Under the pieces are notes generated by a model. That model saw nothing but the letters and a program-made list of their open reading frames with translations, was not told where the DNA came from and made no database searches. A program made the translations under genes and the position numbers. Positions 25,179 to 37,845 of a stretch of 64,000 nt of DNA are shown one piece after another; within the stretch, counting starts at the first letter, position 1; every line of letters begins with the position of its first letter. The DNA comes from Cladosporium halotolerans (Eukaryota), in assembly GCF_011745625.1 (NCBI RefSeq), contig NW_027191474.1, forward strand, positions 1-64,000. The letters are read 5' to 3'.

Positions 25179-26117
25179 CTAAGCGACCGCCTCCCCCTCA
25201 CCTTCCTGCTTATCGCCAAAAACCCTAAACTGGACAAAAATAACCCCGTCCTCGACCATCGTGCCCAAGCTCCCCAACAGCCACGGCACATTCGTAACGA
25301 CATACCGCCTCTCCAGAGAATGGAACAGGATGCCGGCGCCGTACGTCGCGTTGCCCAGCAAGCTGAGCAGGAAGAAGAGCAAGCTCAGGCCCTCGCAGGA
25401 GCGGTCGCGCTGGTTCTTGATGATCTGCGGGACGCGGGCGCCGAGGTACAGCAGCGCGGAGCCGTAGCCGAGGATGCTGGCGCCGAGGGGCGTGGGCGGG
25501 GCGGAGGCGGGGTCTGCGAGCGGGACGGGGTGCCAGGCGCCGGTCTTGTAGGCTAGGAACCAGCCTAGGGAGCCCGCGAGGCAGATGGCGAGGATGGAGA
25601 GGGAGTTTTTGGCCCAGGCTGAGGAGCTTGTGGAGGGGGCAAGGGCGCGGGAGAGGGAGTCGCGGCGGTGGGAGGCGTGGGAGAGGGTGGAGCGGCGGCG
25701 GCGGGACTGGGAGGTGGTGGAGGATTTGCGGCGGGGAGGGTTGGCGGCGGCGGAGGCGAGGAGGGGGTCGGATTCGGTTGTGGTTGTGGTTTGGGCCGCG
25801 GCGGCGGCTTTGTCCTTCTTCGCGTTCAGGGTGTTGTAGTAGGTGCACTGGGCGATGAGGGCGCCGTCTGCGAAGCAGAAGTAGATCGCCAGAGCGATGA
25901 CGGTGGGGACGAGGCCGGCCCAGAGGCCGCCGGCGAGGGAGAGGATGTCGCCGGCGGCCCAGATGAAGAGGAAGGGCATGGAGATGCCGTCGGCGTGGCC
26001 GTTGGTGTAGTTCTCGACCAGCTGGGGCACGAGCAGGAAGATCCAGGCGGCCAGCGAGATGCTGCCGAAGATGCCGCTGAGGGCCTCGTTCCACGTGAGG
26101 GCAACGTCGGGAGACAT
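25179..26117 (-). CDS. PQ-loop vacuolar cationic amino acid transporter (Ypq1/PQLC2-like), 312 aa
   Basis: Two PQ motifs (LLVPQLVENY; GARVPQIIKN), 7 hydrophobic segments and C-terminal WLLGSLGTMVED. Confidence 0.93.
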   Translation of the reverse strand: MSPDVALTWNEALSGIFGSISLAAWIFLLVPQLVENYTNGHADGISMPFLFIWAAGDILSLAGGLWAGLVPTVIALAIYFCFADGALIAQCTYYNTLNAKKDKAAAAAQTTTTTESDPLLASAAANPPRRKSSTTSQSRRRRSTLSHASHRRDSLSRALAPSTSSSAWAKNSLSILAICLAGSLGWFLAYKTGAWHPVPLADPASAPPTPLGASILGYGSALLYLGARVPQIIKNQRDRSCEGLSLLFFLLSLLGNATYGAGILFHSLERRYVVTNVPWLLGSLGTMVEDGVIFVQFRVFGDKQEGEGEAVA

Positions 26118-28771
26118 GGTGGGCGGATGGCGGTCCCGGGGCCCTGTGTGGTTGTGGTGTTCGTGGGCGACCTGCGCCGGGGAAGAGGTGTTGGTGGTGT
26201 TTATATAGTCAAGGTATATAATAGACCAGGAAGAGGCCCACGATAAGAGTCGGCGAGTCGAGTCAACAAGCGGCGGCCGGCGAGAATTCAACCGCCGCCA
26301 AAACGCCAATGGCCGTCGCACCCATTGCCCAGTGCGCGAAAGCTTTGAAGGCGTTGCGCCAACTTTCGCGCGGTCGGGCGATGCGACGTCAATCCTCGGG
26401 CTCGGCTTGCCTCTTTCGAGTGGGGAGAAAATTCACCGGCCAAATCACAGCCGCCCGATTTCTCAGACTGTGGGTAATCAACAAATAAATAGACGTTGGG
26501 CGGGAGTCGGGGCCATTTGGGGGATGCCATATTGATGAGATTGTGGTCATACCGCTTTGTAACGATAGTGAGTATTGTATGCATTTATCTGTCAAGATCC
26601 TCACGCGATTTTCTGTAGAGTCATCATACAGGATGGAAAACGTCCAAGACTGCCGCGTCGACTTGGCTGCGTCGGTAAGGTACTGTTAGGCAAACCAATG
26701 GCTAGCTCTTTCTGGGTATGAGGATCGTGCCATTTGGTCGACACCGATCGCCGTGCAACGTAGATCGAACTGGTACGAGAGAGCTCGCTTTTGACCGCAA
26801 GAACTATGACACCGGAAATATTTTGCCGGCTGATGAAGTGCACTCCCGAGATGCTGGGTGACACTGGTCCGATATACCCTTAGGTACACCGCAATTCTGG
26901 AGATCGCCGGTACACCACACAAGGTAGATCAGAGACCTCACGCCTGAATTCTGGGAGCTGAAGACACAGTCTTCAAACAGCTGCCATGACCACGCGACAG
27001 AAAGAGCGAAGCTCGAGATTCGTTCACGGCAGGTAGGAAACCTCACAGATCACGATAATGATCAGAACTCTACGGCTCCAAAAGCGTGAGCATATCGTGG
27101 AATCGAGCGAAGAGAACCATCTTCCTGCGCAGATTTACGGCCAGAACTCACATCTGAATGTAACATGGCGCAGACAGCATGCCTTACGCTACCTGAGCAT
27201 TCTATTCCCGAAAAGCAGGGCAAGAGTTAGGCTCTCGACTTACTGGATCTGGACGCAATCAGCGTTATAGCGAAGACCGTGCAACCATGATGAGCCGATG
27301 CGTCTTCGAACGACAAGACTGGACTCTGCACATGCTTCTCGCACCGGAACAAACTGCTCACACCGGTACGGCGCATGGTCGTCTTCGGGTAACTGGAAAA
27401 GAAGGCATGCTCGGCCGCTTGGCTCGCTAGGTACGAACACCATAACAGTACGGATCTGGTGGCATGTCAATATTGTCATCGCTCCTCTAGACAGCGATCA
27501 AGCAGCCTCTTCCTCCGCCTCTTCCCCGTTCTCCCCGGATCCAACTGCTCGCTGTAGGACGATGCGGCCGGTATCAGCGATCTCCAGCCTGAGACGGACC
27601 TGTCCGGATACCTTGACAGACTTGTTGGCAGCGCCAACACGAACGCGGTCGGGCAGCAAACCGATACTCGGGGAGTGCTCTACACCCCGGAAGCCAGCTT
27701 TAGAGCGATTGACTGCCCCAAATGCACCGCAGGCGCCAGAAGGAGCCCGAGGCGCGCGGTGATCATTATAACGGTATACCTGCTGGCGCCCGGAGGAGAT
27801 CACCGCGCCCGCGGCGCCCGTGGGAGATGATGACTCCTATCATTTTGGCAGTACCAGTATCAGCTCGCTCTCGCGGTACGTTGTGAAGGGAGGGAGGGTT
27901 CTCAGGTCATTAATTGAGTATTGCTGAAACGTAGTCACAGGGAAGATGGTATGAGCATAGCGCGGTAGTTTATCAAAGAGCGATAGATGAATACCTCTCC
28001 TCAGACCTTTTTCCCCTCCTACATGTCGAGACAGTAGCACGACACGGGTGGAGGCTGCACATCACGGCATCGTGCCATGGGAGGACTGCCCAGATGTCAG
28101 TAGCAATTCGCCAGATCCTACGAAGGAGTGAAAGTGGCGTCGTTAGGCACCCTTCCTTACGGACAAGAAGTGTTCAAACTAGTTCAGGGCAGATGATAGC
28201 GGCACATTGGAGAACCTCATTCAGAAACGATGGATTATCTATTGGGCGTACTCTCATTGACACAAGCTGATCTAAATAGCCTGGTGCTGATATTAGCAGC
28301 ATGTCAGCAAATTGAATCACGGAGACTAGATGTTTGTCGAACGGGTTCTCCCGGGCAACCTCGTAAATATGACATACCGCAAATGGTAGTAGCATACGGC
28401 CGGACTATATCAGGGAGAACGACAGTCGAACATGTAATTACTCACATGCCATCTTCACAGCGCAAGTTACTGCCTTTTCTGCCTGAGGCTCTAAGAGACT
28501 CAGGGCCTCAGGCCGGGACCTGCAGCTCTAGTGGGGCTTTGAGTCCGGGGTAGCGCGCGTTTCGACGCGACCTTTATTGACCTGACTTCACAGCGCCCAC
28601 CACCAGCAATTGCGACCGCCGACACTTTCTTGACGACTTCTCGCTCTTTTTCTACACCACTTCCACCGCACACCTGCACCGCACACACACACACCGCACC
28701 ACCTTCGCACCCACCCACACCCGCACCCGCACCCACACACCGCGCACAAACCACCCGCACACGCACCCACC

Positions 28772-29152
28772 ATGGTCGCAACACGCCGCTCGCTCGGCGG
28801 CGGCGGCGGCTCCTCTCCCTCTCCCTCGCTCGCCGCGGACACCGAGCCGCTCACGAAAGCGCAGCAAGCCCAGCTCAAGAAGCTGAACATCTCCGGCACC
28901 GACGCGCTCAAGGGCGAGGACCTCAAGGCCGTGCAGGCGGCGAGAGAAAACCTGCCGACCTACCACTGGCGCGGAGCGTCCTACCTCCAGGACGAGAACA
29001 CCGACGTCGCTTGGGTTGACAACCAGCCCGAGCGCTACCTCAAGCGCTCGAGGGAGGCTGGCCTCGATGATGGCGAGGGCGTTGAGGGTAGGACCGCTAC
29101 GGCGGTGGAGGAGGACGAGGAGGAGGAGGATGAAGATGAGGATGAGGAGGAA

Positions 29153-29190
<38 letters not shown>

Positions 29191-29195
29191 TGAAA

Positions 29196-29229
<34 letters not shown>

Positions 29230-30682
29230 AGAGGAGGAAGAGGAGGCGCCGCCGCTCAAGCGCCGCAAGTTCGAGCAAGATCACGAGCTCGAGCCGTACA
29301 TGGAGGCGATCCGCAAATCACATGCGGATCGTCTCCACGCACATGCGGCGCGCGGCGAGCGCCTCCAAAAGCCTTCGAGGGAGGAAGCGGCGGCTGCGGT
29401 CGCAACATCATCACTATCATCAGCCAAGAAGGCTTCAAAAATCGCCGAAGACACCGGCGACAACAACATGAACACCGCCCGCAGCGACAACGCCGAGAAT
29501 GGCCGCGGAAAGAAGCGCACTCGCAAGCATAGCGCCGATGACGACGAGGAGCCCGAGCAGCCGACGAAGCGCAGAGCCAGCCAAAATGAGGTTCACGCCA
29601 GGTCGCTACCGAGCTCCGCCGACATCGACAGGATCGACAAGGAGAAAAAGCGCAGCAAGAAGGAAGCCGCGCGCAAGAACTTGAAGACCAAGCCTCTGCG
29701 CGAGGAGGACATGTACAGCGAAGGGGAGCAGCGTCGTCAAAAGGTCGTCAAGCTGGCTGAGGTGCAGAAAGAGCTCATCGAGACTACGGAGGACTGGCAC
29801 TTCGCGAAGGAGCAGCTGGAGAAAGCGAGGGCGTACAATGCCGCCCGGCGTGCAGCTCAGCAGGCAGGCGCCCAGGACACCCAGCAGCCTATCGACCTCA
29901 GCGAGGATGCGACTGAGCACGACAACCGCGATGAGGATATGGTTGATGAGCAGCTCGAGCGCGAGCAGCAGCAGCACAGCCGCAGCGCCTCTCAGGGTCA
30001 GCATGATGACGGCAGCAAGGCTGTCGACACCCCGCTTGACGAGGTGAACGATGAGGACTCGAGAGTGAACGTCGTCACAGAGGCTGAGCAAAATCTTTAC
30101 GCACCCACAGACGCATACGAGCAGCACCAACAAATTGCATATGTGACCATGGCCCCTCTCAGCGAAGCACACACTCATCCGTCCGAAATGAGCCCGCCAC
30201 CGCAGACCACGTCCGGCGCATCTCGCACTTCCCCTTCCGCGACACGCATCGAAACTCCCATCACGCACATGAACACCACGACAACATCCACATACCCCAC
30301 TGGCGCTAGCACCAAGCCCGGCCACACCCCTACCGCTCCCGCGCCGCTTGACACTCCCTCAAGCAACAGCAGCGCCAACAGCTCCAACGACAGCAAAACC
30401 AGCACCACCAGCGCCGAGCGCAACACCTTCGCCTCTCTTCCTCCCGGCGCCGAGCTTCCCACCACCAGTGCCGGCGGCGACCCTCTCCGTTGGACCATCC
30501 AGCAACGCCTGAGCGCCGAGACCGGCCGCGACCAGTACGCCCTCGACATGGGCCGCTTGCAGGGCGAGACCAAGCAGGCCCGTCGTCGCAGGATCGCCCG
30601 CGAGAGAGCGGTCGTTGGGTCCTGGGCGAAAATCACGGGCGCGGACATTGTTGAACTGAAAGCGGCTGGCAGTGAGGATTGA
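28772..30682 (+). CDS. Hypothetical disordered, probably nuclear protein with long acidic tract, 636 aa
   Basis: Long GC3-biased ORF, MVATRR start, 46-codon D/E tract, NLS-like PPLKRRK and GKKRTRK, S/T/P-rich tail. Confidence 0.8.
29108..29245 (+). repeat. Coding GAG/GAC/GAA low-complexity repeat (poly-E/D)
   Basis: (GAGGAC)n and (GAGGAAGAA)-type repeats seen directly. Confidence 0.95.
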
Positions 30683-31477
30683 GTGCCTCGGCTGGACATC
30701 ACAGGACAATAGCATTTGAAGAACTGGCAGACATCATGGAGAGGATCCCTAGTAGGGATGACACCGGCGGAGCTGATCACTAGCCGCGTGTTTCTGAACG
30801 CGCGCGCGACATCATGGCTTTTTCCTCGAGTCTTTGAGCTTTTGGTTATCGGTCTTCTGGCTTTCTGGGCTTTCCTCCTCACTTTCGGTTACGGCGTTGG
30901 CGCTGGCATTCCGGCTTTCCTTTCCTCTTTCTTTTTCCTCGACCGAGCGAGCGACACTCGGCCTCCGGCTTGTACGCCCGCATCACGAACTTCCGCACAC
31001 GCAACGCGACACGAACTCTCGCACGCCCACGCAGCAGCATACGCATCGGCACCACCACAAGCATTTGCATTAGCCCTAGCACCCGCTTCAACTCCACCGA
31101 AGCGCAGGGAGTTTAGAGATTTGCCTTGATGGCTTTGGCTGCATACAGCGATTGAGCGATATCACGGCTTCTTCTGAGCATTGCTCACATCATGAATTAC
31201 GACACGACTGGGAGCATGGTCAGCATCAGCACTGCATCATCAAAACAATCTGCACTAGCCCTAGCACCGCCTTCACGGCAGCGCAAGGAGTTCTGAAATT
31301 CGCCCACGCGCATGCAAAGCGCAAGCGGCTTTCCAGTTTCCTTTTCCTTTGACCGAGCGAAGTTGTTCTCAGCCATGAATTGAGAAATTAAGCGACACTG
31401 ATTGATTGAGATACCCCCCAAAATCACACGCCGCGCATCGACGCTGGCTTTTTCTGGTTACTTGAATGGATGGATGC

Positions 31478-31535
31478 GACAGGACATGGACAGGACACTG
31501 GTAGGACAGGACACAGGTAGGACAGGACACAGGTA
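31478..31535. repeat. GGACA-based minisatellite
   Basis: gacaggacatggacaggacactggtaggacaggacacaggtaggacaggacacaggtag. Confidence 0.8.
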
Positions 31536-32290
31536 GTTTTGGCCGAATGGCGTCAATTGAATGGAGAGCTTTGTTGTGCGATGGTTTCACGGGACTTTTG
31601 TCAGGTGAGGACGTGCGATGTTAATGCTTGTCTGTTTGCCTCTCATCTTTCCGTGACTCGAATTTACTCCCTCACTGGTGAAACATTACTGAAGAAGGTT
31701 ATATAAGATAATCTTCGTTCGCTCATTTTCATAGGCTCCACAGCACCCTGGCACACTTGCGCAGTCCCGTGCGACACTGTCTCGGCCGGCTGCTTGTGAG
31801 TGTTTCAAGGCTCGAAATGCTCTCGGTTTCCATCTGGGTCTTGACTCGAGATGTAGCTACAACTTCCGCGCAATCGAAGAAGCACGTACGACAGCTCCAG
31901 CCTGCCTGTGGCACAAACATAAGGCGATTTAGATATCGCACCCGCCTACAGCTTTTATTGTGAATGGAAATCGAAAAAGCAGAAAGCAGAGCTCGGCGTC
32001 AAGCCTCAGCTCGTTAAGACAAGCAGGCAGCAAAAAGTGTATACAGTGAAGCTATCCTCGCGCTCTCGAGACAAGGTAAGGTATATTACTAGTCGTCGCG
32101 CGGCCGGCCGAATAGCCATCCAACTCAGCCCGCATTCCCTCACAGCCGAATCCGGCACATTGCGTTGCTTCGTAAACGTGGACCCATAAAACCTATCCAT
32201 CCTTCCTAACCAACCAACCACAAAAAACGCCATCGCTTTCATTGCCTCCTTAACCCCTCAAACCCAGCCCCGAAAGAAACTCCTGGCCCA

Positions 32291-33514
32291 TCACCGCCTC
32301 CCCTCCCTCCCCCCCTCCTCAGGATCCCCAAACGGATCCCTCTCCCCCAACCACCCCTCCCCACTCCCCACCCTCACGCCCCTCCGCGCAGAATGCAAAC
32401 TCGCTGTATCAGAATACATATCGCTCGTCACACTCCTGACCGTCCCGGCACGACTAACCGCGGGCCTCGAAACCTCGCCCAACGCAGGCGAAAGACTATG
32501 CGCCGTGAAAGCCGTGTCTCTCCCGGAAAGGGCCGCGAGAGCAGCCGCGTGCGGGTTCGAGAGCGCGGGCGAGACGGGCGAGACGGGACTGTCGCCGGTG
32601 TGGGAAGGAGGGTCCATGAACGGGTCCGCGGCGAAGTGCAGGTCCGGCAGGGTGTAGGATGATCCGGGCGGGGGGTGCTTCGCGTACGCCGGGGGCGGGG
32701 GCTCGTAGAGGGTGCTGGCTGGGGCGCCGGCGGAGCGGGCGGAGTCGGCGCTGGGCCCGCGGGGCGTGGAGGATGTGGGCGAGGAGGGGAGGGAGAGGCC
32801 GGTGTAGTAGGCGTTGTTTGTGGCGGAGGAGATGAGGACTGGAGCCGGGACGGGGGCGGGAGGGTTGGGGCGGGGGCCTTTGAGCATGGCTACGCCTGCT
32901 CCGCCGGTGGGGCTGCTGGGCGGGCGGTCTTTCATTTGGTGGTGGCTGAGGTAGGGGTTTTGGAGGTCTTGGCGGGGCTTGCGGCGGGAGCGGCGGCGGA
33001 GGTAGAAGAGGCCGAAGGCGAGGGCGGAGAGGATGACGATGGGGATTATGACTGCGGCGGCGATTTTGCCGGCGGGTGGGCCGGAGGGGCCTCCTCTTTG
33101 TACGAAGTCGGGGAGGTTGGAGGGGTGGCGGTAGGGGGAATCTGTTGCTGCGTTGGATTCGGCTGCGCCGGCTGTGTTTATTGAAGTGGAGGTAGAAAGG
33201 GTGCTTCCTGGAGTTGGTGTTGATGAGGCGGATGATATGGTGTTGTCTGTTTGGGAGGCTGCATCGCCCGTAGGAGTTGCCGATACCGATCCGAATGTGA
33301 TTGTCGTCCCGCTACTGGACTCGAAACCGTACTCCTCGCTCTCATAGTCGTACGTATCAGAGTCATCCGTAGCCTGCGCCTGCTGTTCGGATGCTCTGCT
33401 GGCTTCTGCTGCTGACATTGAAGCCATATATTGGCTTCTCATCGACCTGAGACTCGCCATGTCACTCATGGCTGCTGGAGGAGGCTCGAACCTCGCGAGC
33501 AACGGATGTGCCAT
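32291..33514 (-). CDS. Single-pass membrane protein with S/T-rich N-terminal region (Mid2/Skg6-like architecture), 407 aa
   Basis: S/T-rich region, TM helix IAAAVIIPIVILSALAFGLFYL followed by RRRSRR, cytoplasmic PPPAY (PY) motif and DPF motifs. Confidence 0.8.
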   Translation of the reverse strand: MAHPLLARFEPPPAAMSDMASLRSMRSQYMASMSAAEASRASEQQAQATDDSDTYDYESEEYGFESSSGTTITFGSVSATPTGDAASQTDNTISSASSTPTPGSTLSTSTSINTAGAAESNAATDSPYRHPSNLPDFVQRGGPSGPPAGKIAAAVIIPIVILSALAFGLFYLRRRSRRKPRQDLQNPYLSHHQMKDRPPSSPTGGAGVAMLKGPRPNPPAPVPAPVLISSATNNAYYTGLSLPSSPTSSTPRGPSADSARSAGAPASTLYEPPPPAYAKHPPPGSSYTLPDLHFAADPFMDPPSHTGDSPVSPVSPALSNPHAAALAALSGRDTAFTAHSLSPALGEVSRPAVSRAGTVRSVTSDMYSDTASLHSARRGVRVGSGEGWLGERDPFGDPEEGGREGRR

Positions 33515-35257
33515 GTCGTCGATCCGGGGCTGATGGCGGTTTTGTGTGGCCCAGACGACGTTCTCAGCCGTGCTAGTGTGAAGGAGGGCGCAGCAGAGAT
33601 GAAGATGGTGTGGTGAGAAAGCTGGCGGTGAGCACTACAATGGCGTGGCGGCGAAGGAAACGAGAGGAAGTGAGGGCGCGAGTGAGACGGAGATGCGGCA
33701 ATGCTTACGACAAGGCGTTCAATAGCTCAGCTGGAGCCACGCCGGACACGAGCAGGGCAGGCTGCATCTACATGTACCTGTGCCTGGTACCGCGGCCTAC
33801 GGGGCGGGGGACTGCGCCATTAGGCACAGGTGGTGGTGATGCTGTGGCTCGACCTCCGCGTGGGGGAAGTCAACGTGCCGACGGCCCATGGTGCTCTTCC
33901 TGTCCCTCCACACACCATCGATGCCTCATGCGGGTAGCAGAAGCTTGTCTGCCGGATATGGAACGAGCCTGAACTGTAATCCGTCGAACCGCGGTTCTTT
34001 GTCTTTCAGACGTAGCCAACCGCGAGAGGCACTTGGCCATTCGAAAAGCCTGATTCGGCCAGGCCGTCTAGACTGACTGTGAGATGGTGGTGATCAAGGT
34101 GGTCAAATGTGGGGCTCAGGCAAGGAAGAAGCTGAGGTGCGTTGCCGGACGGTCAGTGAGGGGGATTTGCCGAAGGAACCGCTGCCTTCCGCCGCCCCAT
34201 GTCAGCAGAGTCTCGAAAGGGTCGAGAATGCGGAAGTCGGAATTGTGAACCGTGTGTTTGTTTGAGCCAGAGATCTGTTTTCTTCTGATATGATATGCGT
34301 ATATATCATGGCGCTACCACTCCGAGGAACAATGTTGTTGACGCTGACATTGGCAGTCCGATCTTGCAACCTCCAAATGCCACTCTCGGCCTCTCACCGG
34401 ACAAAGGCTGGATCGACGCCGCATCAGCCTCACCACAGACGCGCCCAATCCCAAGACACCACGCGAGACTTTGCTTCTAACCACATTCAGCCAGCAGGCT
34501 GTCCAGTGTGAAGAGAGAGGTAAAGGCTGCGCCTCACGACGTGGCAGACTTCCTCGCGTGCTGCCGACCAGTGCTGGTGGGCGGTGCGACGGCAGGCTGC
34601 CCGTGTTTGCAGTGGTCGGCAAGCATCTGTGGGAGTGTGAGACGGTGTAAGAGAAACGGTGGTAGTCGTGCGGTGCGCGCAGAGAGATTGTTTACACTTG
34701 AGGCTATATCTCGGGACGGTGTTGTATACTCCGGTGAGCTGCCAGCAAGAGGACGCCTTCCAAATCAGCGCCACGAAGCATGATGATCCACGAGCAGGTA
34801 AGCAGCGAGCATTCCAAGAATAGCATCACTCACCGACTTCACTTCTCTTGACAACACTGGATCCGTGGCGAAGGCCAAGACGTTTGCGATTCGTTTGCTG
34901 GACCCAAGCCGTGGCGTTGCGGCCTGAGAACTCCAGACCGCCTGTGAAGATTAGAGTGCTCGCGTGGCACTTCACTGGAAGCGAGCGCCATGGCGAAGTG
35001 ATCCCGCTGAAGACTGCGGACATTTTTCAGCCTCTTATGCAGGTTCGGCCTTTGTACTCAGATTTCGAGTTGCAAACACTAAAGACTTGGCTACTTTCGA
35101 TTCAAGCAACAGCAGCGCAGACTGGACGAGCGATGCGACCATCATTAAATTATTCCTCTTGTCGGACAAAGTTACGAATTAACACATTAATTCTTCCAGG
35201 CCACCAAGAGTGTCGTGTCAACTCAACACCCAGCACTGCAATCAATCCCTCCTAGCA

Positions 35258-36761
35258 TCAAACACCACTGCTCGCCGTCCTCGCGAACCGATTCCTCGGC
35301 ATCTGGCCCTGCGCAGAACCGGCCCACAGATCCCCCAAGCCCTCATTCGGCGCATCGTGGGACACAAAAACCGCGTCGGGCGAGGCAATCGCCGGGCTGT
35401 CCGTCCTCACCCCATTGCCACTGCCCGTGGAAGGCAGCTGCCTCCCCGCCTTGCCCAGATAGCTGTACCGCCCGACCTGGCCGTCCGTCGCCTGCGTGGG
35501 CGCCACGCCCGGCCGCTCAGGAGCCGTAGCCGTCTTGTCCGTCGAGCTGCTCTGCCTGAAACCCGTGCCGTACATTCCCTCCTTGTCGACGTCACTCCGG
35601 CTACGCCCCTGGCCGTTGGCGAGCACGCTCGCGTCCGGCCCGCCGTTGCCGAGGTCGACCTTCTCGCCTTTGCCCTCGACGGCCTCGACCTGCAGCTCCT
35701 CGGCGACCTTGTAGGCATCGACCTCGTTGATGCCGGCCTCCATCAACAGTCGCTTCTTCCTCTGCACCTTGGCCGCGTGGTCCATGTCCTGGTCCGGGTT
35801 GGCGGTCTCGTACTCGAGGATCTTGATGAATTTGTAGAAACCCGCCGCGACGATGGAGCCCAGCACGGGGCCCAGCCAGTAGATCCAGTGGTAGGAGACG
35901 AAGCTGGTGTTGAGGACGGCGGGGCCGAAGCTGCGGGCCGGGTTGAGAGAGCCGCCGGTGAAGAAGACGCCGGTCAGTTCGGCGACGAAGAGGGATAGGC
36001 CGATGCCTTTGATGGGTTAGTATGGGGGGGAGTGATGCGTGGTGGGGTTGAAGGGAGATGCTTACCGACAGGCGCGATGAAGGTACCCTTGTGCTTTTCA
36101 GCAGCAAGCATGAAAATGGTGAAAACCAGCTGGGCGGTCAAGAACATCTCGATGAACAAGCCCTGCGCAACAGTCGTGCCTCCGCCCAGCGTCGTCTGCA
36201 CGTCCAGCCTGCCGGGGAACATGCAGCTGACCAGTGCCGCAGCCGTCAAGCCGCCCAGAATCTGCGCGACGAACAGCAGCGCGCCTCTGACCCACGGCAG
36301 GGCCCCGATAAGGCACATGCCGAAGGTGACAGCAGGGTTGAACAGGCCACCGCTAATTCTGAAGAAGACCCAGGCGTTCACAGCGAGAGAAAAGCCGAAA
36401 CAAAGCGAAATGTACTGCAGCTGCTGAGGGTTGGAGCCCGTTTCTTCCACAGTGAGGCCTGCTGACGACGGTATGCTGTTTGCGACCTGTGCGCCGGAGA
36501 GGGCAAACCATAGAAAAAGTACGGTTCCAACGTATTCACCGCACATGGCTATGAAGTGATTGCGAAGGCTGTCGGGGATCTTGTTCAAGAGAGGAAGGCG
36601 GAGCTCGGAGTCGTCGAGCTCTGCATTGGGGTTTGCGGCTTTGGTGAAGGGAATGGCGAGGCCACGGCCTTGGAGGGGTTGCTGAGGGCTGTTAGATGAT
36701 GATGCTGATGGCAGGCCATGATCAGAAGATATCTTGAGGGTATACTCACGTTGATGTTCAT
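35258..36761 (-). CDS. Aquaporin (MIP family, classical fungal water-channel type) with long C-tail, 458 aa, 3 exons
   Basis: Exons 36761-36750, 36681-36066, 36006-35258. Motifs: GEYVGTVLF, SGGLFNPAVT, TGGSLNPARSFGP, WIYWLGP. Confidence 0.95.
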
Positions 36762-36963
36762 ATTGTTCTGCCTCGTCGCTCAGTAACGACCAAGAAAAGT
36801 GTGAGGGCAATATCTCCACTCGTGATAACGACTCTCAATAACGGTCGTCAATCGCGTACGTGAAAGATCAAGGGAACAGACAGGGCATATGCCTATCATA
36901 TACCAACTGCGTCCCCTCCTCTTCACGATCGCCCTACATCATCGCTCTCACGCCCGCATTGCT

Positions 36964-36987
36964 GACGACGACGACGACGACGACGAC
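36964..36987. repeat. (GAC)8 microsatellite upstream of the aquaporin
   Basis: gacgacgacgacgacgacgacgac. Confidence 0.85.
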
Positions 36988-37845
36988 GTTGCCATATCAG
37001 CATGCGCCACTGACACCAGACGCCCGATGAAGCCACATCAAACCTGCTGGTGATCGTGCGCTCAAAGACTGATATGTCGTCAGCCACGGCACGAACGCCT
37101 CAGATGAGCTGGTCGATGAGGCTAGTGGAAGTCAATTGAGGCGTATACTGTGGCTGGGCCGATCGTTTCCAACGGCGGGTGGGGTAGGCGTTGGGCCAAG
37201 AGGGCGAGAAGCGGGCTTGAAAGCAATCTCTGTCGCGTGTGAGCGGGTTGGTGACAACCGTGGAGGTTTCCCATGAGATTGAAGTTCGCTGAGGGATTTC
37301 TTCGTCATTTCTGCCTGTTTTACGGGGAGTGTGGCGCCGCGAAGTGAAGTCGTGTGTCGGCAGCCAGGGATCCTGGAGGGAGATCGCGTGGGTGAACCCT
37401 TGGCAGCAGCTGTGCCGTGTGCGGGCCAGATGGGACTCTGCGTCATAGATGGAGCTGCAAGGATGATGCTGGGGCTTCGATTCCTTTTGATGTCCGTGAT
37501 CTCGGGAGAGATGGCATTTCGATAGTGCGATGCGGATGCATTGGGAGGATGTCGCCTGGACCCGGTCCCGATGAGGGTCATCGCCTTCTCATCTCTTCCT
37601 CATCCGGAAATCTCTTCCCTACAAGATGTTTATACATGAGCAGACGAGAGGTAGATTCATGGACGGATGCTTGAATGATTACTGCCAGATGGCTCAGTGA
37701 TCAATGAAGCTCTTACATTCCTACCGCATCAACAGTCTTCTTGATCTGTCTCCAAAAAGAAACTCACCAGCTCAGATCATCTCAGCGTAAAAGCGAACAA
37801 ACCGATTTGCAATCTGATACACCAAGCCCTGCCGATCATCTTCAA

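Noticed and set aside
24720..26246. Long overlapping ORFs around the PQ-loop gene, and similar ones at 5758-6567, 8200-9019, 28652-30325, 35210-35998, 50803-51642 and 62761-63869
   Set aside because: These are antisense or off-frame shadows of GC3-rich real genes, with no independent motifs.
27240..28480. Short ORFs and scattered splice-like signals suggesting a multi-exon gene
   Set aside because: I could not assemble a consistent reading frame or find any motif.
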